Position numbers and translations under genes: made by a program. From Prochlorococcus sp. AG-347-L20 (GTDB lineage Bacteria; Cyanobacteriota; Cyanobacteriia; PCC-6307; Cyanobiaceae), in assembly GCA_003281225.1 (NCBI GenBank), contig QCCP01000011.1:354-64353 (forward strand): a stretch of 64,000 bases of DNA. Direction: 5' to 3'. This document shows positions 50,277-61,210 of the stretch, in pieces. The notes below the pieces were generated by a model that ran no database searches, was not told the origin of the DNA, and worked only from the letters and a program-made list of their open reading frames with translations. How positions within the stretch are numbered: position 1 is the stretch's first letter; every line of letters starts with the position of its first letter.

Positions 50277-51482
50277 ATGGGAGCAAGTAATAAAAATGCC
50301 CAAGATAATATCCAACCAAAGGGCAATAAAAAACCTCTTCAGGTACTTCACATAAGCAAGAAAGATTCTCAAAAAATAAATAATGAGCAAAACAATTCGC
50401 AAGAAGATACAAACAAAGAAAATATTGCAATCAAACCTCAAATCATTAAAGATAATTCAGTAAAAGAAATTGAGGACCGTAATGAAAAGACTAAGGATTT
50501 TGATATTTCTCAACAAAATTTAACTCAACAAGACTTAAATAGACCGCTTAATTTTTCTGAGCAAAATACAGATTTTCAATTAGAAAGAACAGTTGATGAA
50601 TTCGATTTTGATGAAAGTGCTTTTTTGGAGGCTTTAAATGCAAATGAGCCAATTGGGGCTACTGGAGAAACAATTTCAGGTAAGGTTATAGCAATCGAAA
50701 GTGATGGATTATATGTTGACATTGGTGGAAAGGCACCAGGTTATATGCCCAAAAAAGAATGTGGTTTGGGTGTCATAACTAATTTTAAAGAAAAGTTTTC
50801 TATAGGCCTTGAAATGGAAGTTTTGGTTATCAAAGAACAAAATGCTGATGGGATGGTAACAGTGAGCGCTCGGGCATTAATTCTCAGGCAAAGTTGGGAG
50901 AAAGTATCAAGTTCCGCAAAAAATGGAGAATTAATTAACGTTTTAATTAATGGATTTAACAGAGGTGGGCTTACTTGTGATGTAGATGGATTAAGAGGAT
51001 TCATCCCCAGATCCCAACTTGAAGATGGTCAAGATTATCAATCTTTTGTTGGCAAAAATCTAAAAGTAGCGTTTCTTGAGGTTAATCCAGAATCCAGAAA
51101 ATTAGTTCTCTCTGAGAAGAAAGCATTATTAGTTTCAAAACTTACAAGTCTAGAATTAGGTCAATTAATTGAAGGAGAAGTTTTAGCTGTAAAACCATAT
51201 GGCTTTTTTATTGATTTAGGGGGAGCTAGTGGACTTCTTCATCAATCCTCACTAACAAATGGATCGATTCGTTCTTTACGAGAAGTTTTTAGAGAAGGGG
51301 AAATTATAAAAGCTTTGATATCTGAAATTGACCTCGAAAAAGGGCGCATTGGTCTCAATACAGCACTCCTGGAAAACTCTGCGGGAGAATTAATTATTGA
51401 TAAGCAAAAAGTTATGCAAGAAGCCACAGAGAGAGCATTAAAAACTAAAGCACTCTTCGATAAAAAAGAACAAGATAAATGA
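50277..51482 (+). CDS. ribosomal protein S1-like RNA-binding protein (three S1 domains, low-complexity N-terminus)
   Basis: 401 aa. About 120 N/Q/K/E-rich residues are followed by S1 repeats (GKVIAIESDGLYVDIGGK, ...GLTCDVDGLRGFIPRSQ, GEVLAVKPYGFFIDLGG). Confidence 0.8.
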   Translation: MGASNKNAQDNIQPKGNKKPLQVLHISKKDSQKINNEQNNSQEDTNKENIAIKPQIIKDNSVKEIEDRNEKTKDFDISQQNLTQQDLNRPLNFSEQNTDFQLERTVDEFDFDESAFLEALNANEPIGATGETISGKVIAIESDGLYVDIGGKAPGYMPKKECGLGVITNFKEKFSIGLEMEVLVIKEQNADGMVTVSARALILRQSWEKVSSSAKNGELINVLINGFNRGGLTCDVDGLRGFIPRSQLEDGQDYQSFVGKNLKVAFLEVNPESRKLVLSEKKALLVSKLTSLELGQLIEGEVLAVKPYGFFIDLGGASGLLHQSSLTNGSIRSLREVFREGEIIKALISEIDLEKGRIGLNTALLENSAGELIIDKQKVMQEATERALKTKALFDKKEQDK

Positions 51483-52384
51483 ACATCAACAAAAAAATAG
51501 AGTCGAGTCTTAAATTGAAAATTTCAGATTGGGAATTAGACTTTTACTCAAGACCAATTATTGAATCAAACGGAAAAAAAAGGTGGGAGTTAATTATTTG
51601 CTCTACAAGAAGTTATAAGACAGAAGATATTTTTCTTTGGAATAAAAAATGCCCTGCCAATGAAGTTAACTCAGTATGGCTCACAAAAGCACTAAATGAA
51701 GCAATAAATGAAGCAAAAAAACAAGGGTGGGAGAAACCTTCTATAGTTCGATTCTGGAGGTCGTCAATGAAATCGATCATTAAAAAATCTCTGGAGGCCA
51801 TTAGTATTGAGGCTATTGTAAGTAGGAGAACTTACGATTTATTAGATAGAATCAAATTTCTTGAAAAAGAGATTTATCCAAAGGAAAAAGGTTATGTAAG
51901 AGGTGTATTAGCCCCTACTTTTTCTTCTAAAATGGAAAACCCTCCTACACCTCTACCAGAAGCGGTAAGAGGTGATGCTTTAACTATCTCTGAAATATCA
52001 ATTGGCGAATTAAAATCAGCAGAAAATTGGCCTATAGAATTTGGAGATATTTTCCCCATTCAGCAAGATTTAGACGATAACTACTTAGTTCCAGGATTAA
52101 GACTTTTTAGCAAAGATAGATCTTTGGCACTTTCTGCATGGTTCAGTTGTTTAGAACCTATTAAATTAGTCGTAAACAAGAACCAACTCATACTTGAAGC
52201 TTCAGAAGATGATAAGTGGCTGGTAACTGATTTACCAGAAAAAGATGCAAGCATTTTGAATACAAAGTTTTTAGAGAATAAAAAAAATTCTTTTGGTTAT
52301 CAATTTATTTCCATACAGTCAACGCCATATATCGAAAAGTTTGCAGGATTCTGGATCTTGAGAGATATTGAATTAATTTCATAA
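51479..52384 (+). CDS. Tab2/ATAB2-like RNA-binding protein (DUF1092)
   Basis: 301 aa. It begins ...WELDFYSRPI....GKKRWELIIC and ends ...GFWILRD, as in DUF1092. Its start overlaps the S1-like gene stop (ATGA). Confidence 0.7.
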   Translation: MNINKKIESSLKLKISDWELDFYSRPIIESNGKKRWELIICSTRSYKTEDIFLWNKKCPANEVNSVWLTKALNEAINEAKKQGWEKPSIVRFWRSSMKSIIKKSLEAISIEAIVSRRTYDLLDRIKFLEKEIYPKEKGYVRGVLAPTFSSKMENPPTPLPEAVRGDALTISEISIGELKSAENWPIEFGDIFPIQQDLDDNYLVPGLRLFSKDRSLALSAWFSCLEPIKLVVNKNQLILEASEDDKWLVTDLPEKDASILNTKFLENKKNSFGYQFISIQSTPYIEKFAGFWILRDIELIS

Positions 52385-52613
52385 ATTCAGTTTAGGAGCA
52401 GGAACTATTCCTTACAAAGAAATATATTTCTCAAAACATGAAATTTATATTCAAAACAAAAAATTTGAGTATTATTCATCACCTATTCTTAGTCAAAATA
52501 ATTTCAAACATGCATACTTCACGAAGTCTTGCTCTGAGAAATTTCTTCAATTATTAGGGAATCACTTTAATGAAAATTCCATAAATTGTGTTTCCAATCA
52601 AATTCACAGTAAT

Positions 52614-53195
52614 GTGATTGTCTTTGGATCACTTTCACAAGAAGGGAGTAAGACTGAAGCAGATGGTCTTGTTGGCAATAAAAACTGTCAAAACTTATGG
52701 GTTTACACAGCTGATTGTATGCCAATATTTTTTGCAGATAAAAGGACAAGAAATGTAGCAAGCTTACATTGTGGAAGAAAAGGTTTAGAAAAAAAAATAA
52801 TAAAAAATCTGGTAAAATTTTTTGATACTTTTGGGACATCAAGAGATGACTTACTTGTTGCGATAGGACCAGCAATTTCTAAGAAACATTATCTAGTTGA
52901 TACAAAAACACTCAAAGAATTTTATAGAAAAGCCGAAAACAAAAACATAACTATCAAATTGACTAAAACCAAAAAAGATCTTTGTTTTAGTGATTCAAAT
53001 CACTTCAGAGAGCAAAACTTAAATCAACTTGATCTAAAAAGATCTGCCTATAGACAACTTTTAAATGAGAACATCCCTCATACAAATATAGATATCTCAA
53101 ATTTATGCACATACAAATTCAATAATGATTTTTATTCCTGGAGAAGGAGCAAAACAATCTCAAGACAATGGAATCTAATTTGCTCACAAAGATAA
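52614..53195 (+). CDS. PgeF/YfiH-family (DUF152, laccase-domain) protein; coordinates give the minimal ORF and the real 5' end lies upstream
   Basis: Family motifs TADCMPIFF, SLHCGRKG and CTY....FYSWRR. The reading frame stays open back to 52377 and encodes family-like N-terminal residues but has no ATG, GTG or TTG (see findings). Confidence 0.7.
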   Translation: MIVFGSLSQEGSKTEADGLVGNKNCQNLWVYTADCMPIFFADKRTRNVASLHCGRKGLEKKIIKNLVKFFDTFGTSRDDLLVAIGPAISKKHYLVDTKTLKEFYRKAENKNITIKLTKTKKDLCFSDSNHFREQNLNQLDLKRSAYRQLLNENIPHTNIDISNLCTYKFNNDFYSWRRSKTISRQWNLICSQR

Positions 53196-53546
53196 CTAAC
53201 TTGGACAAATTTCACTACTTAAGTTTTTAGAGACCAATAATTCCGTCATCTCCTTAGTACCTTTAATATTAAAAACTTTGGCTAGCAAAACATTCTCTTT
53301 GAAACCAAAGGGCTTTATTTTCACTTTGCTCCCCCTTGGGAATTCACTCTTAAGTAAATTAGTTGCTTCAACCTCATCATTTTCATTTACATCTACACAA
53401 AATAATCCAATAGTTAAATTTCTATTTTGATCCCCCACCAAAATAGTATTTGAACTTTTAATTTGAAGAATTTCGGCCGAATTTGCTATTACAGGATTAA
53501 GGAAAATCAAGCAGATTATAATCAAAATTTTTGAAAATTTTTTCAA
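53196..53546 (-). CDS. hypothetical secreted protein (possible degenerate SNase/OB-fold-like)
   Basis: 116 aa with a signal peptide (ILIIICLIFLNPVIANSA). It has a weak resemblance to thermonuclease-like domains, and I did not recognise catalytic residues. Confidence 0.35.
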   Translation of the reverse strand: MKKFSKILIIICLIFLNPVIANSAEILQIKSSNTILVGDQNRNLTIGLFCVDVNENDEVEATNLLKSEFPRGSKVKIKPFGFKENVLLAKVFNIKGTKEMTELLVSKNLSSEICPS

Positions 53547-53614
53547 TTCAGAAATATCTAAGTTTTTTGAATTTTCTTAAAGTTAATTTTTCAAAATGAC
53601 GAATCAAGAAAAAT

Positions 53615-55378
53615 TTAATCTTCACAATTAACATATCCAACCATTTGAGCATTACTTTTACCAGGAGGAACCATTGGATAACAATTCTCACCTCTTCTGA
53701 CAAGGATGTTAATCAAGGCAGGGCCGTCATGTTCAAGCGCATTTTTTAATTCATTCTGTAATTGTTTTCTATCAGAAATCAAGTATCCTTTAACTCCAAA
53801 AGACTCTGCGAGTTTTACAAAATCAGGTTCACCACAACTCATATCAGATGAGGAATATCTTTCATCATAGAAACTTTCCTGCCATTGTCTTACCATCCCT
53901 TGCCAGCGATTATTGATAATAATCAATTTCACGTTTAGACCATATTGAGATAAGGTTCCTAATTCTTGAATATTCATTAAGACACTTGCATCTCCTGCAA
54001 TACAAATTACATCTGAATTAGGTAAGGCTGCCTTTACTCCAATTGCCGCTGGTAATCCAAAACCCATAGTTCCTAAGCCAGCACTACTAATCCATTTTCT
54101 TGGAGAATTCCTAAGATACTGAGCGGCCCACATCTGATGTTGTCCTACATCTGTAGTTATATAAGCTTCTGGTGAAAGTTCCCTCACTTTTAAAAGAACT
54201 TCCTGAGGATAAATTTCTCCTTCTTTAGGAGGGTCATATAAAGGGTGTTTATTTTTCCAAAAATCAATTTTTTCTAACCAGTTTTTCGTCTGAGAAGTAA
54301 ATTTATTTTTTAGAGATTGTTCATTAATTTTCAGGACAGCTTTTGAAACGTCAGAGACAATTGCAACATCTACACGTCTATTTTTATTAACTTCTGCTGG
54401 GTCGATATCTATATGAATTACCTTTGCATTAGGTGCAAAAGTATCTAATTTTCCTGTCACCCTATCATCGAATCTAGCTCCAATAGCAATTAAAAGATCG
54501 CATTCTGTAACAGCGAAATTTGCGTAAGCAGTTCCATGCATTCCTAACATCCCTACTGATAAATTGTCTTTTTCATCAAAAGCACCCTTCCCCATTAAGG
54601 TTGTGGTTACTGGTATTTGATAATTCTTTGCCAAAGTTCTTATTTCATCATGAGCTCCTGAAGATATTGCCCCACCTCCTATGTATAGAAGAGGTCTTTC
54701 AGAATCTTCAATTAATTTAATTGATTTTTTGATATCACAATCATTAATTTCTCCATTCCTTTTAAATCCTTTAGGAATAATCTCACCAGGCAAAACTCTT
54801 TGGTAATTAAAGAACTCCTGACCTACATCTTTGGGTATATCAATTAAAACAGGGCCAGGTCTTCCAGATGAGGCTATAAAAAAAGCTTCAGAAACTACTT
54901 TCCCAATATCGGAAGGATCCCTTATTACCCATGAATGTTTAACTATTGGAAGAGTTATGCCAAAAATATCAGTTTCTTGAAAAGCGTCTGTCCCTATAGC
55001 AGGTCTTGGGACTTGACCTGTAACTACAACTAGAGGGACTGAATCCATTTGCGCAGTGGCAATTCCAGTTACCAAATTTGTTGCACCTGGGCCTGAGGTT
55101 CCAAAACATACCCCTACTTCACCAGTAGATCTTGCATATCCATCAGCCGCATGTGAGCCACCTTGTTCATGCCTAACCATATAGTGCTTTAACCAACCAT
55201 CTTGTTCTGCCTTATGAACAGCGTCATATATTGGTAGTATGGCTCCCCCAGGATATCCAAATATAACTTTTACTCCATGAATTTTTAAAGAATCCATTAG
55301 TGCATCTGCACCAGTTATCCAAACTGGATTTTCATTTTTTGAACTACCCTTTGAAAAGGATCGCGAAGTAAGGGTCAC
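53615..55378 (-). CDS. ilvB: acetolactate synthase large subunit
   Basis: 587 aa. It is a ThDP enzyme with [13 protein letters not shown] and the ThDP-binding motif [14 protein letters not shown]...NN. Confidence 0.93.
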   Translation of the reverse strand: MTLTSRSFSKGSSKNENPVWITGADALMDSLKIHGVKVIFGYPGGAILPIYDAVHKAEQDGWLKHYMVRHEQGGSHAADGYARSTGEVGVCFGTSGPGATNLVTGIATAQMDSVPLVVVTGQVPRPAIGTDAFQETDIFGITLPIVKHSWVIRDPSDIGKVVSEAFFIASSGRPGPVLIDIPKDVGQEFFNYQRVLPGEIIPKGFKRNGEINDCDIKKSIKLIEDSERPLLYIGGGAISSGAHDEIRTLAKNYQIPVTTTLMGKGAFDEKDNLSVGMLGMHGTAYANFAVTECDLLIAIGARFDDRVTGKLDTFAPNAKVIHIDIDPAEVNKNRRVDVAIVSDVSKAVLKINEQSLKNKFTSQTKNWLEKIDFWKNKHPLYDPPKEGEIYPQEVLLKVRELSPEAYITTDVGQHQMWAAQYLRNSPRKWISSAGLGTMGFGLPAAIGVKAALPNSDVICIAGDASVLMNIQELGTLSQYGLNVKLIIINNRWQGMVRQWQESFYDERYSSSDMSCGEPDFVKLAESFGVKGYLISDRKQLQNELKNALEHDGPALINILVRRGENCYPMVPPGKSNAQMVGYVNCED

Positions 55379-55514
55379 TAAAGAAATTCAATATTTACTA
55401 TAGATTTTAAACTCAATTAAATACTTTTGCCTCATTTAGAAATGTAATGTCAGAAATATATTCAAAAAAATCTTTTAAAAATTTAAAAATTTTCAAATAA
55501 ATGTCAACTTTTCT

Positions 55515-56690
55515 TTATAAGATGCCTAATTTATGGAGAGGTCCAGAGCCTGAAATAAGTTCAATAAAAAGCACAAGAAAAATAATCATTGCAACCCTTC
55601 CGTTCCACACCTCTGAACTATTATTCCACCCCCATTGCCACTTCTCTTGAGGATAAAGTTTAACTTTTTCAGGCAACTGAGAAGCCTCCTCAATATTGAC
55701 TAAAGGCCCTTCTAAGCAGGAAATTACTAGATCACTAAGACCTTCTATAAAAGTAGGATGAGTATTTAAAGCCTTAACTCTCCGAAAGTTTTTAATACCA
55801 GCCTTTTCAGCAATTTCTTTATATTCAATATCAATTTCTTGCAATGTTTCGATATGTTCTCCAACGAAACTTATAGGGACCACAATCAGATCATTAACAT
55901 TTGACCTTCCAAGATCAGCCAACACTTCTTCCGTATAAGGCTTCAACCATTCAACAGGACCAACTCTACTTTGATAAGAAAGTGTATGAGGGTTACTATG
56001 ACCTAAATATTTTTCCAGCTCATTAATAATTAATAAAGAACAATCTTCAATTTGTTGTTTGTAAGGGTCTCCAGCTTCTTCTACGTAACTCTTAGGAACT
56101 CCATGAGCAGTGAAAAATATATGGGCTTTTGAAGGTGATTCACAAAGTGAAATCTGTTCAGAAATCAATTCGACCATAGACTTTAAATAACCTGATTGAC
56201 TGAACCAACTCCTTACACATCTCATTGGAACCTTCTTAAATTCATCATCAGAATCTCGCAATTTTTTTAATTCTCTAAAGCTCGAACCACTAGTACTTAT
56301 TGAAAAATGCGGATACAAGGGTATTACAACAACTTGATCTATGCCATCTGCTTTCATATCAGCAATTGCTGATTCGGTAAAAGGATGCCAATACCTCATA
56401 GCGATGTAGGTAGTGGCATTAAACCCCTTGTCCCTTAACTTAGATTGTAATTCTCTTGCTTGTTGTTCAGTTATCCTTCTGATAGGTGAACCTCCACCTA
56501 TGGAAAGGTAGGCCTGTTGTGAAGTAGTACTCCTAAGCGTGCTAATTAACCATGCTAGAGGCTTTTGAAAAACGGGAAACGGTGTCCTGATAATTTCTGG
56601 ATCAGAAAAAAGATTGTATAAGAATGGGCCAACATCATTAATGCGTTCAGGCCCTCCTAAATTCATTAGTAAGACGCCTATTTTATCCAT
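55515..56690 (-). CDS. hemH: ferrochelatase with C-terminal CAB/Hlip-like transmembrane domain
   Basis: 391 aa. It begins [11 protein letters not shown] and has FTAHGVP and [10 protein letters not shown]. The C-terminal [23 protein letters not shown] is a chlorophyll a/b-binding-type helix. Confidence 0.95.
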   Translation of the reverse strand: MDKIGVLLMNLGGPERINDVGPFLYNLFSDPEIIRTPFPVFQKPLAWLISTLRSTTSQQAYLSIGGGSPIRRITEQQARELQSKLRDKGFNATTYIAMRYWHPFTESAIADMKADGIDQVVVIPLYPHFSISTSGSSFRELKKLRDSDDEFKKVPMRCVRSWFSQSGYLKSMVELISEQISLCESPSKAHIFFTAHGVPKSYVEEAGDPYKQQIEDCSLLIINELEKYLGHSNPHTLSYQSRVGPVEWLKPYTEEVLADLGRSNVNDLIVVPISFVGEHIETLQEIDIEYKEIAEKAGIKNFRRVKALNTHPTFIEGLSDLVISCLEGPLVNIEEASQLPEKVKLYPQEKWQWGWNNSSEVWNGRVAMIIFLVLFIELISGSGPLHKLGIL

Positions 56691-56755
56691 TTAAAATTTA
56701 TGGAGATTGAAAATCAACATTAAAAACGTCATCATAAAGTCAATTATATAAGTAA

Positions 56756-57925
56756 ATGAACGTAATTCAGGAAATTAATAATGTCAATGATAAATTTGCT
56801 ACGCAAGGCAGCAAGCTTAAAATTGAGAAAAGAGGAGAGAAATTAAATTTACGTGGTTCACTACCCTGCAAAGAAGATAACAATAACTTTAAAGTTCAAA
56901 GAATATCTCTTGGCTTAAAGGCTGATATTGCTGGATTAGAGGAAGCCAAAAAAAAATTACAATTAATCAATTTGCAATTGGAATTAAATCAATTTGATTG
57001 GATTAATTGGATAGACAAACCTTATAAAAAGGAAATAAAAGATGGTTTTGAATTCCCAAAAAGATTAAATCAATTTGAAGAATTTTTTTTTAAAGAAAAT
57101 AAAAGTGATTTTCGAACCAGCACTAGAAAAACAACTTGGAGAAGTTCTTACAAACCATATATGAAAAGAATCTTAAATATTTACAATGACTGTGAGAATG
57201 CATCTTTAGAAAAAATATTTCAAAAAACACTTGAAAGTTATAACGAAGGTACCAGAAGTAGGAAACAATGCGCTACTTCTTTAAGTGTTTTGGCTAAGTT
57301 TCTGGACATTAAACTACCAGAAGATTGGAAATTAAATTCTAGAGGATATGGTCTGAACAAAGCAGGATTTAGGGATCTACCTAAAGACGAATTAATAGAG
57401 AAACTGTGGGAGAAGATACCAAACAAGTCTTGGAAATTTGTTTTTGGTCTGATGGCTACATATGGATTAAGGAATCATGAAGTATTTTTTTGTGATTTAA
57501 GTTCTCTTACTAATTTTGGGGACAAAATTATAAGAGTTTTGCCTACTACTAAAACTGGGGAACATCAAGTTTGGCCATTTCATCCTGAATGGGTGGAAAA
57601 GTTCGAATTATCAAAACTTGGCGAAAATCCAGAACTTTTACCAAACATTAATAGAGACCTTAAAGTTACAACCTTACAGAATATTGGAAAAAAAATTACA
57701 GACCAGTTTAAGCGTTACTCTTTGCAAATAAAACCTTATGATCTAAGGCATGCTTGGGCAGTTAGAACAATTTTTTATGATTTACCTGATACTGTAGCTG
57801 CCAGAATGATGGGGCATTCGGTTAGTTTACATACTCAAACTTATCACCACTGGATTACTAAAAGAGATCAACAACAGGCAGTAAATAATGCGCTTTTAAA
57901 AGTTAACAGAGTTAAAAAAATTTAA
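56756..57925 (+). CDS. tyrosine site-specific recombinase (phage-integrase family)
   Basis: 389 aa. Its C-terminal catalytic domain has GLRNHE (Arg I), YDLRHAWAVR (His-x-x-Arg) and MGHSVSLHTQTYHHW (His ... Tyr nucleophile). Confidence 0.8.
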   Translation: MNVIQEINNVNDKFATQGSKLKIEKRGEKLNLRGSLPCKEDNNNFKVQRISLGLKADIAGLEEAKKKLQLINLQLELNQFDWINWIDKPYKKEIKDGFEFPKRLNQFEEFFFKENKSDFRTSTRKTTWRSSYKPYMKRILNIYNDCENASLEKIFQKTLESYNEGTRSRKQCATSLSVLAKFLDIKLPEDWKLNSRGYGLNKAGFRDLPKDELIEKLWEKIPNKSWKFVFGLMATYGLRNHEVFFCDLSSLTNFGDKIIRVLPTTKTGEHQVWPFHPEWVEKFELSKLGENPELLPNINRDLKVTTLQNIGKKITDQFKRYSLQIKPYDLRHAWAVRTIFYDLPDTVAARMMGHSVSLHTQTYHHWITKRDQQQAVNNALLKVNRVKKI

Positions 57926-57959
57926 AGAATTATAATATTTAAATAAAATTAAGGGTCAT

Positions 57960-58652
57960 ATGCAAGAAAAACCTTCATTTTCCGAGAAAATATTTAACCT
58001 CGATAATCAAGCAAATAAACTTGGAATAGGAGGTAAATTATCACCAGATAGCGATGAGAGCTCATATAAAAAAAGAATGCAGCAAAGAAAAGATATTCAA
58101 GCCGAAAGACTTCAAATTAGAAAAACAAAAAAAGGATTATTGATAGTTTTTACAGGAAATGGCAAGGGCAAGACAACTGCATCTTTAGGTATGGCTTTAA
58201 GGACTATAGGTCATGGTTATAAAGTGGCGATAATTCAATTCATCAAGGGAGGCTGGACTACTGGAGAAGAAAAAGCACTAAAAAACTTTTCTTCAAACCT
58301 ATCTTGGCATTCACTAGGAGAAGGATTTACTTGGGAAACTCAAGACAGAATAAGAGATGAAAAATTAGTTCAAGAGGCGTGGCAATTAGCCAAAAAATAC
58401 ATCCAAAACGAATCTTATAAACTTATCATTCTTGATGAAATTAATATTGCCACAAAACTTGGTTATCTTGCACCCGAAGAAATAATCACCTTTTTAAAAA
58501 GCTTTAATAATAGAAAAAATCATATAGTTTTAACTGGAAGGGGAGCATCTGATTCAATTATCAATTACGCTGATTTAGTTACTGAGATGAAACTAATAAG
58601 ACATCCATTTAAAGAACAAGGAATAAAAGCGCAAAAGTGTGTTGAATTTTAG
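57960..58652 (+). CDS. cobO: cob(I)yrinic acid a,c-diamide adenosyltransferase
   Basis: 230 aa with the P-loop TGNGKGKTTA and FIKGGW and LDEIN motifs. Confidence 0.88.
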   Translation: MQEKPSFSEKIFNLDNQANKLGIGGKLSPDSDESSYKKRMQQRKDIQAERLQIRKTKKGLLIVFTGNGKGKTTASLGMALRTIGHGYKVAIIQFIKGGWTTGEEKALKNFSSNLSWHSLGEGFTWETQDRIRDEKLVQEAWQLAKKYIQNESYKLIILDEINIATKLGYLAPEEIITFLKSFNNRKNHIVLTGRGASDSIINYADLVTEMKLIRHPFKEQGIKAQKCVEF

Positions 58653-58780
58653 TTGAAGTAAATTATTATTTAAAATTTTCTTTAGGCAAGTTTAGAAATG
58701 TTTAAAGACGCAAGCAATATCTGAACAAAAAATAAAATTGGTGCATTTACTTGCTAAGGTCTTAAAAGTACAATTATTGA

Positions 58781-59485
58781 ATGACTTACAAAAGAGTTCT
58801 CTTAAAACTTAGTGGTGAAGCACTAATGGGTGAAAAACCTTATGGTATTGATCCTGCTATAGTCCAGTCAATTGCAGAGGATGTTTCAAAAGTAGTCGAA
58901 AATAATGTACAACTTGCAATAGTTGTTGGTGGTGGAAACATTTTTAGGGGGCTTAAAGGATCTGCAGATGGAATGGATCGCGCGACTGCTGATTATGTAG
59001 GGATGCTAGCAACAGTAATGAACGCAATTTCACTTCAAGATGGTCTTGAGAGAGTAGGAGTTGCAACTAGAGTGCAAACAGCAATCGAAATGCAGGAAAT
59101 TGCCGAACCCTATATCAGAAGAAGAGCCATGAGGCACTTAGAAAAAGGCAGGGTTGTAGTCTTCGGAGGTGGATGCGGAAATCCATTTTTTACAACTGAT
59201 ACTACGGCAGCTTTGAGGGCAGCAGAGATAAACGCTGAAGTTGTAATGAAAGCTACTAAAGTTGATGGAGTATACGATCGTGATCCTAATCAATTTAAAG
59301 ATGCAAAAAAATATTCCTCTCTCAGTTATCAACAAGTTCTTAGTGATGAAATTGCAGTAATGGACAGTACTGCGATTGCACTCTGCAAAGATAATAATAT
59401 CCCAATTATGGTTTTTGATATATTCAAAAAAGGAAATATTTCCAAAGCTGTTGCTGGTGAGCCAATAGGCTCTTTAATTAGTTAA
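58781..59485 (+). CDS. pyrH: UMP kinase
   Basis: 234 aa. It begins [13 protein letters not shown] and has [10 protein letters not shown] and [15 protein letters not shown]. Confidence 0.95.
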   Translation: MTYKRVLLKLSGEALMGEKPYGIDPAIVQSIAEDVSKVVENNVQLAIVVGGGNIFRGLKGSADGMDRATADYVGMLATVMNAISLQDGLERVGVATRVQTAIEMQEIAEPYIRRRAMRHLEKGRVVVFGGGCGNPFFTTDTTAALRAAEINAEVVMKATKVDGVYDRDPNQFKDAKKYSSLSYQQVLSDEIAVMDSTAIALCKDNNIPIMVFDIFKKGNISKAVAGEPIGSLIS

Positions 59486-59508
59486 AGATCATTTAATTTT
59501 TTTTAATT

Positions 59509-60057
59509 ATGAAAGAAAAAGAAATTCAAGAAAATATGAATAAAAGTATTGAAGCCACACAAAGAAACTTTAATACAATTAGGACAGGTAGAGCTAATGC
59601 TTCCTTATTAGACAGAGTAAGTGTTGAGTACTATGGAGCAGAAACACCAATCAAATCGCTTGCCACTTTAAGCACTGTTGATTCGCAAACAATTTCAATA
59701 CAACCTTTTGATATTTCATGCTTACAAGCGATAGAGAAATCTATTTCTATGAGTGATTTAGGGATTACTCCAAATAATGATGGAAAAGTAATAAGAATAA
59801 ATGTTCCTCCTTTAACAGAAGAAAGAAGAAAAGAATTTTGTAAATTAGCCTCTAAATATGCAGAGGAAGGAAAAGTAGCTTTGAGAAATATCAGAAGAGA
59901 TGCTGTTGATAAAGAAAAAAAAGACGAAAAAGATGGCCTTATTTCTATTGACCAATCGAGAGATAATCAATCTGAAATTCAGAAAATTACCGATAAATAT
60001 ATTGCTTTAATAGAAACTAAATTGTCTGAAAAAGAGAAGGAAATTCTAAAAGTTTGA
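59509..60057 (+). CDS. frr: ribosome recycling factor
   Basis: 182 aa with [12 protein letters not shown] and [24 protein letters not shown]. Confidence 0.95.
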   Translation: MKEKEIQENMNKSIEATQRNFNTIRTGRANASLLDRVSVEYYGAETPIKSLATLSTVDSQTISIQPFDISCLQAIEKSISMSDLGITPNNDGKVIRINVPPLTEERRKEFCKLASKYAEEGKVALRNIRRDAVDKEKKDEKDGLISIDQSRDNQSEIQKITDKYIALIETKLSEKEKEILKV

Positions 60058-61187
60058 TAGAATTTGATGTTGTAATAATTGGTGGAGGTTTATCAGGATC
60101 TTCCACCGCCCTTAACCTATCAAAGAGAGGATATTCAGTTTTAATTATTGAAAAAGAAAAATCTCAAGATTACAAACCATGTGCAGGGGGAATGGCATCT
60201 TCAATGCAAAGATTTCTTCCTCTAAATATTGAAGATTGCATAGAATCAAAAATTAAGAATGTTGAATTCAGATGGAAGGCTACAGATAATGTAACTGCTG
60301 ATCTGACTGGTGAATCCCCATTTTGGATTGTTAAAAGAGAAAAACTAGATCAATTATTACTTGATGAATCCTTAAGTAATGGAGCTCAGATAATGAGGCC
60401 ATTATTAATAGAAAAAATCATAAAAAAAAATGATAAATGGGAAATTACTTGCAATAACAAAATAAAATATATTACAAAATTTCTTGTAATTGCAGATGGG
60501 TCCCAATCAAAATGGGCGAGTTATTTCAATTTAGGGCCAAGAAAACCGAAATTTGCCAACACACTCTCATTAAGATTGAAAGGGTTAGGTGAAATACCTA
60601 GAGATGCAGTTAGATTTGAGTTTGGATTTATAAAATATGGTTTTGCATGGGCATTCCCCTTAAGAGAAAGCTTAAATATTGGTTTAGGTACTTTTATTAA
60701 TAATGGTCTTTTAGAAAATCAGGCTATAAATAAACAAGTAATCAGAAGCTTCGGTTTTGATGATTTTCCTCATAAAACAATTATTAAGAAACTAAGAATA
60801 TGGAATGGCTTCCACTCAATTAATGGTGACAAAGTTTTAGCGGTTGGAGATGCAGCATCTCTATGTGATCCATTTTTAGCTGAAGGAATTAGACCATCTT
60901 TAATTAGCAGTTTTTATGCTGCAGAATACATAGACCAGTACCTATCAGGAAAAGTAGATGATTTAAATCTTTATACAAAAGAAATTAACAACATTTGGGG
61001 GAAATCAATGGCTTGGGGGAGGAGAATAGCCCAAGTATTTTATAGATTTCCCAGAACTGGATATCAATTAGGTGTGAAAAGAAAAACAGCACCTAAACGT
61101 ATTGCTCAAATATTATCAGGAGAAATGAGTTATGAAGATATTGCAAAAAGAGTTATCAGAAGGCTTTTAACAAAAAGTGAGACTTAA
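60054..61187 (+). CDS. geranylgeranyl-reductase-family FAD-dependent oxidoreductase
   Basis: 377 aa with the N-terminal [13 protein letters not shown] and a GDAA motif ([17 protein letters not shown]). The TTG start overlaps the frr stop (TTGA). Confidence 0.75.
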   Translation: MIEFDVVIIGGGLSGSSTALNLSKRGYSVLIIEKEKSQDYKPCAGGMASSMQRFLPLNIEDCIESKIKNVEFRWKATDNVTADLTGESPFWIVKREKLDQLLLDESLSNGAQIMRPLLIEKIIKKNDKWEITCNNKIKYITKFLVIADGSQSKWASYFNLGPRKPKFANTLSLRLKGLGEIPRDAVRFEFGFIKYGFAWAFPLRESLNIGLGTFINNGLLENQAINKQVIRSFGFDDFPHKTIIKKLRIWNGFHSINGDKVLAVGDAASLCDPFLAEGIRPSLISSFYAAEYIDQYLSGKVDDLNLYTKEINNIWGKSMAWGRRIAQVFYRFPRTGYQLGVKRKTAPKRIAQILSGEMSYEDIAKRVIRRLLTKSET

Positions 61188-61210
61188 TTCTTTTCAATTC
61201 AAACTTAAAT

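Noticed and set aside
56691-57959. Recombinase as part of an intact prophage or genomic island
   Set aside because: There are no flanking direct repeats, tRNA, phage structural genes or cargo genes, and no compositional discontinuity. The neighbours are core genes (hemH, cobO, pyrH, frr). The only tRNA in the window is about 42 kb away.
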